Below, one piece after another: positions 37,150 through 48,404 of a stretch of DNA of 64,000 nucleotides (the first letter of the stretch is position 1; the number at the start of each line of letters is the position of its first letter). The notes under the pieces were generated by a model, which was not told the origin of the DNA, ran no database searches, and saw only the letters and a program-made list of their open reading frames with translations. Origin of the DNA: Kingella sp. (in: b-proteobacteria). Its GTDB lineage: Bacteria; Pseudomonadota; Gammaproteobacteria; Burkholderiales; Neisseriaceae. Position numbers and translations under genes: made by a program. Location: contig NZ_JAUMZV010000001.1 of assembly GCF_030527935.1 (NCBI RefSeq), positions 74,006 through 138,005 of the forward strand, in the 5' to 3' direction.

Positions 37150-38976
37150 ATGAAAAAATATTTTTACGCGCTGTTGGCGTGTTTGAGCTTGGCGCAGTTT
37201 TCTGGCGCGGCGGTGAACGCAGATGATTTGTTGCCACCTGAACAGGCGTTTGTGCCAACGGTAACCGTGTCGGACAAGGGCGTGGATGTGCAGTTTAAAA
37301 TTGCCGATGGCTATTATCTGTATCAGGGCAAGATTACGGCGGAGACGCAGCCTGAAAAGCTGTTGCGCGACAAGGCGGCGTTTAGCCAAGGAGAGCAAAA
37401 GGAAGATGAGTTTTTTGGCAAGCAAGTGGTGTATCACCGCGCGGCAAATGTGAAATGGGATTACGCCCAGCCTGCGCCGGCATCTTATAAGCTCACGCTG
37501 CATTATCAGGGCTGCGCGGAAGCGGGCGTGTGCTATCCGCCTGTGGACACGGAGTTGAACATCAACGGCTCGGGCGTATATGCGCCGCAAGATGGGGCGG
37601 GCGATGGTGCAAAGGATATGTTTGTAAAGCCGCAGGGGAGCGTTCAGGCGGATTCGTTAGCCGCGCAAACGCCAGCGGCGGCGCAGAATACTCCCCTTTC
37701 GTCCGCAACTGCTGATGCTGATTTCGCCCTATCGCGCGACACGTTGGGCAAAAATTTGCTCACGTTTTTTGTGTTTGGCTTGGGGCTGAGTTTCACCGCG
37801 TGTATGTATCCGCTGCTGCCGATTGTGTCCAGCATTATTGTGGGCGACAAATCGGGCAGCAAGCGGCGGGCATTTGCGCTGTCGCTGGTGTATGTGCAAG
37901 GGCTGGCGGTTACTTATGCGGCGGTGGGCGTGCTGGCGGGGCTAACGGGCGCGTTGCTCACCGTGTGGCTGCAACAGGCTTGGATGGTGCTAACGGCTTC
38001 GGGCTTGATGGTGCTGCTGGCGTTGTCTATGTTTGGCGTGTTCAATTTGCAACTGCCCAACGCGCTGCAAAGCTATTTTCAAAATCAAAGCAACAAGTTA
38101 TCAGGCGGCAAGGCGGCGAGCGTGTTTGCGATGGGGATGTTTTCCGCGTTAATCGTAGGGCCGTGCGTTGCGCCGCCGTTGGCGTTTGCGCTGGGCTATA
38201 TTGGGCAAACAGGCGATGCGCTGCTGGGCGGCGCGGCGTTGTATGCGATGGCGTTGGGCACGGGCGTGCCGCTGGTGCTGGTGGGCACGTTTGGCGGGCA
38301 TATTTTGCCGCGTGCGGGCGATTGGATGAACGGCATCAAATATGCGTTTGGCGTGATTTTGCTGGCGGTGGCGGTGTATTTGGCGGCGGGCTTTTTGCCC
38401 TACGCGCTCACTGCCACGCTTTACACGGCGTTGATGATTGCACCCGCGCTGTATTGGTTTTGGCGATTGCCCAAACTATCAGGCAGCCTGAAAACCATTT
38501 CGGCGGTGCTGGCGACGGCATTGGCAATCGGCGGCGCGTGGTTTGGCTGGCAAAGCGCAAATGGCGGCACCACCGCGCTGCACGAATTTCTGACGCTGCA
38601 TCGCGCTGATGCGAATGTGGCGCATGGCAAGAAGTTTACCGATGTAAGCGCGTTGAAAACGGCGATTCAGGCTGCCTTTGCGGAGAACCCCAATCAGCCT
38701 GTGCTGCTGGATTTTTATGCCGATTGGTGCACATCGTGCCGCGAAATGGAAGCGAAAACGTTTACCGATGCGGGCGTTCAGGCGGCTGTGCCGTTGCACC
38801 GCTTGATGCAAATTGATGTTACCCAAGCCACGCCCGAACAAAAGGCGTTGTTGCAGGAATATGGCTTGTATGGCCCACCTGGGTTGTTTGTGCTAAAAGC
38901 AGACGGCAGCCGCAGCAAACCGCTGTTGGGCTATGCGGCGGCGGATAAGTTTGTGGCTTGGTATCAGCAGCAGTAG
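37150..38976 (+). CDS. dsbD: thiol:disulfide interchange protein DsbD
   Basis: It has an N-terminal periplasmic domain, a central transmembrane region with CxxC, and a C-terminal thioredoxin-like domain (WCTSC). ATG at 37150 with an AAAGGAA ribosome-binding site. Confidence 0.85.
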   Translation: MKKYFYALLACLSLAQFSGAAVNADDLLPPEQAFVPTVTVSDKGVDVQFKIADGYYLYQGKITAETQPEKLLRDKAAFSQGEQKEDEFFGKQVVYHRAANVKWDYAQPAPASYKLTLHYQGCAEAGVCYPPVDTELNINGSGVYAPQDGAGDGAKDMFVKPQGSVQADSLAAQTPAAAQNTPLSSATADADFALSRDTLGKNLLTFFVFGLGLSFTACMYPLLPIVSSIIVGDKSGSKRRAFALSLVYVQGLAVTYAAVGVLAGLTGALLTVWLQQAWMVLTASGLMVLLALSMFGVFNLQLPNALQSYFQNQSNKLSGGKAASVFAMGMFSALIVGPCVAPPLAFALGYIGQTGDALLGGAALYAMALGTGVPLVLVGTFGGHILPRAGDWMNGIKYAFGVILLAVAVYLAAGFLPYALTATLYTALMIAPALYWFWRLPKLSGSLKTISAVLATALAIGGAWFGWQSANGGTTALHEFLTLHRADANVAHGKKFTDVSALKTAIQAAFAENPNQPVLLDFYADWCTSCREMEAKTFTDAGVQAAVPLHRLMQIDVTQATPEQKALLQEYGLYGPPGLFVLKADGSRSKPLLGYAAADKFVAWYQQQ

Positions 38977-39088
38977 GCACTTGGGGCAGCCTGAAAATGG
39001 GATTTCATTTTCAGGCTGCCTTTTTTGCATTCAAAGGCAGCCTGAAACCCCGCTATAATCCCCACCTTTTCCATCCGCCCCCACCACC

Positions 39089-40633
39089 ATGCTCCCCAAA
39101 CTTGACCGCATCTGGCAAATCCCCGCCGTCTATTTCATCCTGCTCACCGCACTCGCGCTCGCCACGCCGCTCACCTTTGCCCCGTATTACCAATTTTGGC
39201 TGATGCCGCTGCTGTTTGGCGGCTTGGTGCGCCTGATTGAGCTCAAACCCCACCGCGCCGTGCGTTCTGCCTATTGGTTTGGCTTCATCGGCTACACCGC
39301 GCAATTTTGGTGGATACACACCGCGCTACACGGCATCGCCAAGCTGCCCGAATACTTCGCCCTGCCGCTCACCCTGCTGCTGCCCGCCTTTTTGGGGCTT
39401 TACCCCGCGCTTGCCTTTTGGCTCTATCGCCATTTCGGGCTGCCGCGCAGCATCGGGCTGGGCATCGGCTTGCCCGTGCTGTGGACGCTCACCGAGTTCG
39501 CCCGTGAACGCTTGCTCACAGGCTTTGGCTGGGGCGCGTTGGGCTACTCGCAAATCGCCGATAACAGCCCGCTGGCAGGCTTCGCCCCCATCGGGGGCAT
39601 CCATCTGGTAACCTTTGCCACCGCGCTGGTGGGCACATGGCTGGTGTTGTTGGTGAACAGCCGCGCCGCCAAACCGCGCATCGCCGCCGCCATCGGCATC
39701 ACCAGCCTATTGCTTTCAGGCTGCCTATTGCGCACCATCGCGTTCACCCAGCCCACAGGCCACCCCACCACCGTAGCCCTAGCGCAAGGCAATATTGAAC
39801 AGCGGCTAAAATTTGCCCAAAACCAGCTTTTTCCCACCTATCAACGCTATCTTGGCCAAGTTGCCAGCACCCGCGCCCAAATCGTTATCCTGCCCGAAAC
39901 CGCGCTGCCCGTGTTCCTGCAAAACACCCCCAGCGACATCCTGCAAGATTTCGCCCAAACCGCCCGCCGCAACGGCAGCAGCCTAGCCGTGGGCGTGCCC
40001 ATGTTTACCCCCGATAGCGAAAATTATCTCAACGCCATCGTCAATCTCACCGACTACACCGCGCAAACGCAGCCTGAAACGCTGCCCATCTACGCCAAAA
40101 ACCACCTTGTGCCCTTTGGCGAATACAAGCCGCTCAAACCGTTTACCCAGTTTCTCTACAATGCCATGAATATGCCCTTGGGCGATTTTCAACAAGGCGG
40201 CGCAGCGCAAGCCCCGTTTAGCATGGCAAACCAAAAAGTCGCGTTTAACATCTGCTACGAAGATGGCTTTGGCGACGAGCTGATTGCATCCGCCCGCCAA
40301 GCCACCTTGCTTGCCAACGCCAGCAACATGGCATGGTATGGCGACTCCAACGCCATGTGGCAACAGCTGCAACAATCGCAAACCCGCGCCCTAGAACTCG
40401 GACGCTACATGATTCGCGCCACCAACACAGGCGCAACCGCCATCGTTTCGCCGCAAGGCAGCATCGTCAAACAAGCTACGCCCAACACCGCCACCGTGCT
40501 AGAAGGCAGCGTGCAAGGCATGGCAGGCGAAACCCCGTTTATGCGGTTCGGTGGCTCGCTGCCCTTGATTGGCTTGCTTGCCGCCATCGCAGGGTGGTTG
40601 AAATGGCGGTTTAGGCAGCCTGAAAACGAGTAA
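39089..40633 (+). CDS. lnt: apolipoprotein N-acyltransferase
   Basis: 514 aa. It has an N-terminal transmembrane bundle and a CN-hydrolase domain with the catalytic NICYE. Confidence 0.85.
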   Translation: MLPKLDRIWQIPAVYFILLTALALATPLTFAPYYQFWLMPLLFGGLVRLIELKPHRAVRSAYWFGFIGYTAQFWWIHTALHGIAKLPEYFALPLTLLLPAFLGLYPALAFWLYRHFGLPRSIGLGIGLPVLWTLTEFARERLLTGFGWGALGYSQIADNSPLAGFAPIGGIHLVTFATALVGTWLVLLVNSRAAKPRIAAAIGITSLLLSGCLLRTIAFTQPTGHPTTVALAQGNIEQRLKFAQNQLFPTYQRYLGQVASTRAQIVILPETALPVFLQNTPSDILQDFAQTARRNGSSLAVGVPMFTPDSENYLNAIVNLTDYTAQTQPETLPIYAKNHLVPFGEYKPLKPFTQFLYNAMNMPLGDFQQGGAAQAPFSMANQKVAFNICYEDGFGDELIASARQATLLANASNMAWYGDSNAMWQQLQQSQTRALELGRYMIRATNTGATAIVSPQGSIVKQATPNTATVLEGSVQGMAGETPFMRFGGSLPLIGLLAAIAGWLKWRFRQPENE

Positions 40634-40660
40634 AGCGAGTTTGAGCACAGCTAAAACAAT

Positions 40661-40825
40661 TAGAACCTGTATTCACTATTTTCATAGGCAGATTTGATGA
40701 CATAAAAGCGTGGATACAAGGCAAAAAGCACAGCAAGGTTGGACACCTTGCGAGCATTTTTAACGCAGTAGCCGCGTTTTTAGGGCATAAAAGATGACTA
40801 TGAAAATAGTGAATACAGGTTCTTA
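40661..40825. mobile_element. Correia-like MITE, second full copy
   Basis: Same terminal inverted repeats (TAGAACCTGTATTCACTATTTTCATAG ... CTATGAAAATAGTGAATACAGGTTCTT). The internal sequence is about 85% identical to the 16172-16335 copy. Confidence 0.7.
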
Positions 40826-40956
40826 AACCGTTTGATGTCATGCCAACTACGTTTTTACTGAATAGATTAACTTTCAGGCTGCCCCTATCCCAAGGCAGCC
40901 TGAAACCCATTAACCGCGTATAATCCGCGCCTTTCCCATTTGCAAAGCAACCCACC

Positions 40957-41340
40957 ATGTTTAGAACCCTACTCGGCGGCAAAATCCACCTCGCCACCGT
41001 AACCCAAGCCGACTTAAACTACGTTGGCAGCATCACCATAGACCAAAACCTGCTAGACGCAGCAGGCATTTGCGTGAACGAAAAAGTGCAAATCGTGAAC
41101 AACAACAACGGCGCACGCTTTGAAACCTACACCATCGCAGGCGAGCGCGGCAGCGGCATCGTGTGCCTAAACGGCGCAGCCGCGCGGCTGGTGCAAGCGG
41201 GCGATATTGTCATCATCATGTCGTATGTGCTGCTGTCCGAACCCGAAATCGCCGCGCATCAGCCCAAAGTGGTGCTGGTGGATGGCGCAAACCAAATCCG
41301 CGAGATTATTCATTACGAGCCAGCCAATACGGTTTTGTAG
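40957..41340 (+). CDS. panD: aspartate 1-decarboxylase
   Basis: 127 aa. [16 protein letters not shown] and the GS(24/25)IT self-cleavage site are present. Confidence 0.9.
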   Translation: MFRTLLGGKIHLATVTQADLNYVGSITIDQNLLDAAGICVNEKVQIVNNNNGARFETYTIAGERGSGIVCLNGAAARLVQAGDIVIIMSYVLLSEPEIAAHQPKVVLVDGANQIREIIHYEPANTVL

Positions 41341-41420
41341 CGTTAAGGCAGCCTGAAAAACAAAGCCGTTTGGCATTGCACCAAACGGCTTTTTACTGGA
41401 TAGATTGGCTTTCAGGCTGC

Positions 41421-42044
41421 CTATCCCCGCCCCGCCGCCAGCCGATACACCCACACCGCAGCAGGCGGCGAATTGCGCCACACCACCGCGTGCCGAAAGC
41501 TCTCAATGCCCGTATCCGCCGCCAACAGCGGAACCGGATTTTTCAGCCCATAAGTAAACTGCACCAACACCGACTGCGGGTTTTTGTGCAATTCGCTCTG
41601 CAAAAACAAGCCAATAGCCCGCGCCTCATCTTTCGCCAAACTGCGAAACGGCAGCGACGACACAATCGTTTTGTTGCCCGCCTCCTGCCAATGCGGCAAA
41701 TCCTGCACCTTGCAACACGCCACCTCAATCTCAGGCATTCTACGCTGCAATTCCAGCGCAAGCGGCTCCAAAAACTCGCACGCCACCAAGCGATTTTTCT
41801 GCGCCAGCGACTGTGCCAACACCCGCGTAATCGCCCCATTGCCCGCGCCCGCCTCAATAAACAACGCATCCCGCGCCCCATAACGCAACGCCGCCGAAGT
41901 CATCGCCCGCCCCAGCATTTTGGAAGACGGCAACACGCTGCCCACATTGCGCGGATGGCGCGCATAGCGTTTCAGCCAACCTGCCGCTTCATGGCTTTGC
42001 TGCGAAACATGGCTAAACAAACGAGAAACAAAACTAGGCTTCAT
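41421..42044 (-). CDS. class I SAM-dependent methyltransferase
   Basis: 207 aa with motif I EAGAGNGAIT. Confidence 0.6.
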   Translation of the reverse strand: MKPSFVSRLFSHVSQQSHEAAGWLKRYARHPRNVGSVLPSSKMLGRAMTSAALRYGARDALFIEAGAGNGAITRVLAQSLAQKNRLVACEFLEPLALELQRRMPEIEVACCKVQDLPHWQEAGNKTIVSSLPFRSLAKDEARAIGLFLQSELHKNPQSVLVQFTYGLKNPVPLLAADTGIESFRHAVVWRNSPPAAVWVYRLAAGRG

Positions 42045-42248
42045 AGCGATAACGTTTTCAATAAAAAGATTTGAGATTATAACCAGTTATCACGCGTTAT
42101 AGATAACGCCTTTCAGGCTGCCTAAAATAAATACTTTAATGCCATCCATTAAGCAAATTAAGTTCCAAATCAACAAACCCCGCTGCTATTTTTGATATAG
42201 TAGGCAGCCTGAAAATCATCCATCCACCCCATCCACGAAAGCCCAACC

Positions 42249-43724
42249 ATGATTACCAAAGCCCAATACCAAGCCCAAGCCGCGCAAGGCTACAACCGCA
42301 TCCCGCTGGTGCAAGAACTGCTCGCCGATTTAGACACACCGCTGTCGCTGTATCTGAAACTCGCCAACCAGCCGTTTAGCTATCTGCTGGAATCGGTGGT
42401 GGGCGGCGAACGCTTTGGGCGGTATTCCTTTATCGGGCTGCCCTGCCGCGACTACATCAAAGTAGCGGGCAATCGCACCGAAATCTACCAAAATCATCAG
42501 CTTATCCAAACGCACGATGGCAATCCGCTGGACATCATCGCGCAATACCACGCGCAATTCAAAACACCCTACATCCCCAGCCTGCCCCGCTTCACAGGCG
42601 GCTTGGTGGGCTATTTTGGCTACGAGAGCATTTATTATTTTGAACACATCGCCCATAGATTAAAGCAGCCTGAAAAAGCCAACCCTTTGAACACGCCCGA
42701 TATTTTGCTGATGCTGTCGCAAGAATTGGCGGTGGTGGACAACCTAAGCGGCAAAATCCACCTGATTGTGTATGCCGACCCCAGCCAGCCGCAGGGCTAC
42801 GAAATCGCGCGCGAGAAGCTGGAAAACCTACGCGAAAAGCTGCGCCAAAGCGTTGCCATTCCGCTGTCGCTGGGCAGCCAACGCACCACGCCGCAGCATC
42901 TTACCGGCGAAGCAACGTTTAAAAGCTATGTGCGCCGCGTGCGCGACTATATTCTCAACGGCGATTGTATGCAGGTAGTGCCTGCGCAAAGCATGAAGCT
43001 GCCTTTTGCCGACAATCCGCTGCATCTGTATCGCGCCTTGCGCACGCTCAACCCATCGCCTTATCTGTTTTACTACCATTTTAGCGATTTCCACATTGTT
43101 GGCTCATCGCCCGAAATTTTGGTGCGCCGCGAACGCGATAAAGTGGTGGTGCGTCCGATTGCGGGCACGCGGCTGCGCGGGGCAACGCCCGAGCAAGACC
43201 TTGCCAACGAGCAAGATTTGCTCAACGACCCCAAAGAAATCGCTGAACACACCATGCTGATTGATTTAGGGCGCAACGATGTGGGGCGCATCAGCCAAAT
43301 CGGCAAAGTGGCGGTTACCGATAAAATGGTGGTGGAAAAATATTCTCATGTGATGCACATCGTTTCCAACGTGGAAGGCAGCCTGAAACCCAACACCAGC
43401 AATATGGACATCCTTGCCGCCACGTTCCCCGCAGGCACACTCTCGGGTGCGCCCAAAGTGCGCGCGCTGGAAATCATTGAGGAGCTGGAAACCACCAAGC
43501 GCAATATTTTCGGCGGCGCGGTGGGCGTGTGGGGCTTTAATAACGACATGGATTTGGCGATTGCCATCCGCACCGCCATCATTAAGAACGATGAGTTGTT
43601 TGTGAGCAGCGGCGCAGGCATTGTGGCGGACAGCGTGGAAGAGAACGAATGGCAGGAAACGCAAAACAAAGCGCGGGCGGTGCTGCGCGCGGCGGAAATG
43701 GTGCAGGATGGGCTGGATAAATAA
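42249..43724 (+). CDS. trpE: anthranilate synthase component I
   Basis: 491 aa. It has a chorismate-binding C-terminal domain and the LLESV motif. Confidence 0.9.
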   Translation: MITKAQYQAQAAQGYNRIPLVQELLADLDTPLSLYLKLANQPFSYLLESVVGGERFGRYSFIGLPCRDYIKVAGNRTEIYQNHQLIQTHDGNPLDIIAQYHAQFKTPYIPSLPRFTGGLVGYFGYESIYYFEHIAHRLKQPEKANPLNTPDILLMLSQELAVVDNLSGKIHLIVYADPSQPQGYEIAREKLENLREKLRQSVAIPLSLGSQRTTPQHLTGEATFKSYVRRVRDYILNGDCMQVVPAQSMKLPFADNPLHLYRALRTLNPSPYLFYYHFSDFHIVGSSPEILVRRERDKVVVRPIAGTRLRGATPEQDLANEQDLLNDPKEIAEHTMLIDLGRNDVGRISQIGKVAVTDKMVVEKYSHVMHIVSNVEGSLKPNTSNMDILAATFPAGTLSGAPKVRALEIIEELETTKRNIFGGAVGVWGFNNDMDLAIAIRTAIIKNDELFVSSGAGIVADSVEENEWQETQNKARAVLRAAEMVQDGLDK

Positions 43725-43851
43725 GAAATTTCAGGCTGCCTTGTGAACCGATTAGGCAGCCTGAAAACGTCATTTGGCTATTATTGAATACACCATTTTA
43801 GCTTTCAGGCTGCCTAATCGTTGAACAACCAATCAACCCAAAAGAAACCCC

Positions 43852-44208
43852 ATGCAACGCCTAACACTCATTCTCGCTACCCTGCTGCTTGCCACCCCAG
43901 CCGTCGCCGCGCCCAAGCTCAAAACCTTCCCCTTGGACGAATCTGGCTGCGCCCAAAACGTGCCAGTCAAAAAAGGCGAACGCTATCGCATCCACGCCGC
44001 AGCAGACGGCACAATCTTTACCGTATCCAATGGCTACGCCGCTTATGCCACGCTCTACGCCGCCGCAGGCAAAGCCGTGCCGCCCGAACGCGCCACGCGG
44101 GATGACGGCAGCGGCGAGCAATTTGCCGAATTGCGCCAAGGCAACCATGTGCTAAAAATCAACCGCAGCCAAACCATCAAGCGTTTGTGCATCAACGCCG
44201 AAAATTAA
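43852..44208 (+). CDS. hypothetical secreted protein
   Basis: 118 aa with signal peptide MQRLTLILATLLLATPAVAA. Confidence 0.45.
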   Translation: MQRLTLILATLLLATPAVAAPKLKTFPLDESGCAQNVPVKKGERYRIHAAADGTIFTVSNGYAAYATLYAAAGKAVPPERATRDDGSGEQFAELRQGNHVLKINRSQTIKRLCINAEN

Positions 44209-44310
44209 CCGCCCTGCGTTCGTCCCCTCTTTTTTCAGGCTGCCTGTGCATCATATAGGCAGCCTGAAAATTCTGCTAAAATCGCCCCCTTTTTTCACAC
44301 ACACGACACA

Positions 44311-45396
44311 ATGCCTGCCCTATTTATCGCCGTGCTGATTGCGCTGCAACTCTTTATCTATCTCGCCGCCCGCGCCGCGCTGTGGCAATTTCGCATCCAA
44401 CACCCAGCCCAACGCAAAACGCTCTACATCCTTGCCTACGCGCTGTGCAACGGCTTCACCATCGCCGCGCTGGTGCTGCGCCAAAGCCTGCTGTTTCGGC
44501 TCAACGCCGCCATGCTGGTTGCCCTGCTGTATATCGTGCTTACCAGCATCGCCACGCTCATCATCTGGCACATCGCCCGCCCGATTAGGCAGCCTGAAAA
44601 GCTCGCCCGCGAGCTGCGCATCCTAGCCCCCGCGCTGCTGATTGCCCTGTTTGCCCTGTCGGTTTACAACGCCTACACCCCCGTGGTGCGCCATATCAGC
44701 ATCCAAATCAACAAACCGCTTGCCCAGCACATCCGCATCGGCATGGCATCCGACACCCACCTTGGCACGCTGGTGGGCGCGCGCCAGCTAGACAAACTCG
44801 CCCGCATCATGCAGCAAGAAAAAGTGGACATCATCCTGCTACCGGGCGACATCATGGATGACGACATCGCCGCCTACACCGCCGAAAACATGAAGCCCCA
44901 CCTTGCCAAACTGCGCGCCCCGCTGGGCGTGTATGCCACGCTGGGCAACCACGACTACTTCATCAACCCGCAAGCCATCACCCGCGCCATTGAAGACGCA
45001 GGCATCCAAGTGCTGCACGACCAAACCGTGCTCATCAACCAGCAATTTTGGCTCATCGGGTGACCCGACAACCTAGACAGCCACCGCCAAAAAACCAGCG
45101 AACTCATCAAACACACCAACCCCGCACAGCCCATCATCCTGCTAGACCACCGCCCCGACCAAATCGCCGAACACGCCAATCTGCCCATAGATTTGCAACT
45201 ATCGGGACACGTTCACAACGGGCAAACCTTCCCCGCCAACTTCATCACCAAAATGCTTTACCCCGCGCTGGCATACTGCTATAAAGCCATCGGCAACGGG
45301 CATTTTGTCGTAACCTCGGGCTACGGCTTTTGGGGCGTGCCGTTCCGCCTTGGCTCGCAAAGCGAAGTGTGGATAATTGACGAGAAAGAGAAGTAA
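44311..45396 (+). pseudogene. membrane-anchored metallophosphoesterase (YkuE-like) interrupted by an in-frame TGA at 45061-45063
   Basis: The 250-aa N-terminal ORF (GMASDTH, LPGD, TLGNHD) and the downstream 45064..45396 segment (LSGHVHNGQ...FVVTSGYGFWGVPFR) are in the same frame and together make a complete calcineurin-like phosphoesterase. Confidence 0.6.
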
Positions 45397-45496
45397 GCGG
45401 TAATAGGCAGCCTGAAACCCCGCCCAACATTATTTTCAGGCTGCCTATACACCCAGCAGCCTGAAACCACCCCAACCCCAATCATCCTACCCCACC

Positions 45497-46126
45497 ATGC
45501 ACACCATCCAAGACTATCTCCAAACCCAAGCCCTCACGCTCAACCCCGAAGCCATCGCCATCGCCCGCGCCGCCACCCAAGCCATCATCGCCCACGGGCA
45601 AGCCCACATAGACCGCAGCATCCTGCTGCCCAGCCACCTTGCCCCCCTGTTCGCCCAGCAGCCACAAACCGAAGCCCTGCTCAAACCGCTCTACATGGCA
45701 CTGGATTCCGCCCACAGCCAACACCCCAACCAAACCACCGTCCTTTACGGCAACCACATCCCCAGCCAAAGCCTGATTCGCCTGATTCAACACGGCGCAG
45801 CCATAGAAGAACGCATCCCGCTTACCGAACACCACTACTGGCAACATCTCCCCGCCCGCGCCGCGCAATCAGGCTGGGCGCAAATCGCCCCCAACACCCA
45901 ACAATGGCTTGCCAACGGCGAACTGCACGGCACACACAACCTGCGCAGCTCCAGCCAAACCAGCCTGCCCATCAGCAAAGAAGACGGCATCGTGTACGGC
46001 GTGCTGCACCTAGAAACCGCCGCCCCGCTCACCGATGAGCAACTTGCCCATTGGGTAGGCGTAGCCCTTGGCATCCATGCCACCCTAAGCCAACTGCTGC
46101 CGCCAGCCCAAAGCGCAGATGAATAG
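45497..46126 (+). CDS. hypothetical protein, possible GAF-like domain
   Basis: 209 aa. The family is not recognised with confidence. Confidence 0.4.
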   Translation: MHTIQDYLQTQALTLNPEAIAIARAATQAIIAHGQAHIDRSILLPSHLAPLFAQQPQTEALLKPLYMALDSAHSQHPNQTTVLYGNHIPSQSLIRLIQHGAAIEERIPLTEHHYWQHLPARAAQSGWAQIAPNTQQWLANGELHGTHNLRSSSQTSLPISKEDGIVYGVLHLETAAPLTDEQLAHWVGVALGIHATLSQLLPPAQSADE

Positions 46127-46278
46127 GCAGCCTGAAACCCAGTTCAGCGTAGCAACAACAAAACAGCAACGGCTCATTGCCACAATCTCCCCAGTCAAAC
46201 CCCTTTTCAGGCTGCCTGCCCCCGATGCAGCCTGAAACCATAAACCCACTAACCACACACAAAGAAAGCAACCAAACC

Positions 46279-46866
46279 ATGCCACTACAACACATCACCT
46301 CCTGCCGTCTCCCTACCGAACACGGCATCTACCAAATGCACGGCTACCAAGACAGCCAAACAGGGCAAGAACACATCGCCCTAGTGATGGGCGACATCAC
46401 CACGCCCGAGCCCGTGCTCTCCCGCGTCCACTCCGAATGCCTAACAGGCGATGCCCTATTCTCACAAAAATGCGATTGCGGCCCCCAGCTTAAAGCCGCC
46501 ATGCAAGCCATCCAAGCCCAAGGGCGTGGCGTGATTGTTTACCTGCGCCAAGAAGGGCGTGGCATTGGCTTAATCAACAAAATCCGCGCCTACGCCCTGC
46601 AAGACAAAGGCATGGACACCGTAGAAGCCAACCTCGCCCTCGGCTTGCCCATTGATGCCCGCGACTTCACCCTTGCCAAAGAAATCTACGACCACCTCGG
46701 CATCCACAGCATCCGCCTGCTCACCAACAACCCCGAAAAAGTCCACACCCTGCAACAAGCAGGCATCCACATCACCGAACGCCTGCCCCTACACGTCGGC
46801 ATCCATCCCGAAAACCAAAATTATCTCAACACCAAAGCCCAAAAACTTAACCACATGAAAGACTAA
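46279..46866 (+). CDS. ribA: GTP cyclohydrolase II
   Basis: It has a CxxC...C zinc site (ECLTGDALFSQKCDCG) and RxxRGxG. I take the start at MPLQHIT, because the upstream part of the listed ORF is DUS read-through. Confidence 0.85.
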   Translation: MPLQHITSCRLPTEHGIYQMHGYQDSQTGQEHIALVMGDITTPEPVLSRVHSECLTGDALFSQKCDCGPQLKAAMQAIQAQGRGVIVYLRQEGRGIGLINKIRAYALQDKGMDTVEANLALGLPIDARDFTLAKEIYDHLGIHSIRLLTNNPEKVHTLQQAGIHITERLPLHVGIHPENQNYLNTKAQKLNHMKD

Positions 46867-46867
46867 A

Positions 46868-47257
46868 ATGCTCTATCTCGCCCTACTCTGCGCCGCGCTC
46901 ACCGCCGCCATCCACTTCTACATCTTCTACCTAGAACTGCTCGCCTACGGCGCAAGCAACTTCCGCCGCGTGTTCCAAATCCCGCCCGAACACCTGCCCA
47001 TAGTGCGCGCCCCCTTTAACAACCTAGCCATCTACAACATCGCCCTAGCCCTAGCCGCCGCGCTCGGCATCCTGCTGCACATCGTCGCCAACAGCAACTA
47101 CCTTTACGGCATGGCAAACGGGCTTATCTTCGCCGCCCTTGGCACCGCCACCGCCGCAGGTGTCTATCTGTGGTACAGCCAGCCCAGCAAACAACGCCCC
47201 GCGCTGATTCAAGCCGCCCCCGCTCTGCTCGGGCTTATCTGCCTTGCGCTCAGCTAA
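46868..47257 (+). CDS. DUF1304-like small membrane protein
   Basis: 129 aa with four transmembrane segments. Confidence 0.45.
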   Translation: MLYLALLCAALTAAIHFYIFYLELLAYGASNFRRVFQIPPEHLPIVRAPFNNLAIYNIALALAAALGILLHIVANSNYLYGMANGLIFAALGTATAAGVYLWYSQPSKQRPALIQAAPALLGLICLALS

Positions 47258-47382
47258 TTGGCAGCCTGAAACGAAGTTCAGCGTAGCTAAAACATCCCAA
47301 CGCAAGCGAAGCCCAAATAGCGCATTGGCAACTTGGCGACATCAGCCCAATCCATAGCAGAAGTATAGTAAGCCAGAATAAA

Positions 47383-47455
47383 AGCGGTACAAGTAGGGGG
47401 GGTGGCTTTGCCACGCACCATTTGGCTTGGCTAACCGGTGCGCGAACAAGTTCAC
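47383..47455. repeat. family-C stem-loop repeat
   Basis: GTAGGGGGGGTGGCTTTGCCACGCACCATTTGGCTTGGCTAACCGGTGCGCGAACAAGTTCACACACCCTAC. Confidence 0.55.
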
Positions 47456-47774
47456 ACACCCTACGCGCCGATTGAATTAGATATTTCTTGATTTATTCCA
47501 CTATATTTTCAGGCTGTCTTATCCCCAAGGCAGCCTGAAAACAAAACAGCGTGGGCAACCCAAGGGAAGAAGGGTTGCCCACGCTGTTTTGCGGTTTTAT
47601 AGTCGTTCCACACAGCCTTATACTACGTTGGCTCGCCGTGCTGTACTACTTGTACTATCTGCGGCTCGCCGCCTTGTCTAAGGCTGTGTGGAACGACTAT
47701 CGCCTTGCGAACTGTTTTTTAGCTACGCTGAGCTTCGTTTCAGGCTGCCTGTATGGTTTCAGGCTGCTTTGGGG

Positions 47775-48011
47775 TTACTTATCGCTGCCGATGCGTTCAA
47801 GTTCGGGGTTGGTGGCGCGAACAGACTCGCCTGCGTATGCCAACTTAATGCGGTCATCATTGCGGAATGAGCCGAAATCGGTGTTTACTGCTTGCAAGGC
47901 TGGGATTTCTTGATGGCTGGGTTGTGGTGGCACAGGACGATCAATGATTTTGGCTGCCATAGCGTTGCTTGAAATAACGGCGGCAAGTGCGATTGCGATG
48001 ATTTTGTTCAT
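47775..48011 (-). CDS. small secreted hypothetical protein
   Basis: 78 aa with signal peptide MNKIIAIALAAVISSNAMA. It is divergent from metR. Confidence 0.4.
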   Translation of the reverse strand: MNKIIAIALAAVISSNAMAAKIIDRPVPPQPSHQEIPALQAVNTDFGSFRNDDRIKLAYAGESVRATNPELERIGSDK

Positions 48012-48404
48012 GGTGTGGTCTCCAAGTTAAGGGTTAAAAAGTGAACTTTGCGTCATTGTGTTTTCAGGCTGCCTTGGTGGTGCTGCGCTGAAAGTGTGTG
48101 CACCATAGGCGATTTATTTTTGCGGAAAAATGCGGTTTTTGGAAAAACGCTTTCAACGTTCAATTTAAAATCGCTTGCTGCTTATGCGCTGTTGTTCAGA
48201 AAGTGAGTGCATTGTAGGGGTTGCCCAAAAGGAGAAACAGAGCTGTTTTGACAATGGTTTATTTCTCAATAGGAAATTATGTTGCATTTTAACGGCTTGT
48301 AATTCCGCGATAAACGTAATTTAACAACAATTCGCAAAAATAAACGGCTTCCCCGCGTGGATAATCTCTTTTAATATCGTGTTTTTCGTGATTTAGGGCG
48401 ATTT

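Noticed and set aside
45061-45063. TGA at 45061 as selenocysteine or programmed readthrough
   Set aside because: Calcineurin-like phosphoesterases are not selenoproteins. No SECIS-like hairpin follows the codon. A nonsense mutation or sequencing error is more likely.
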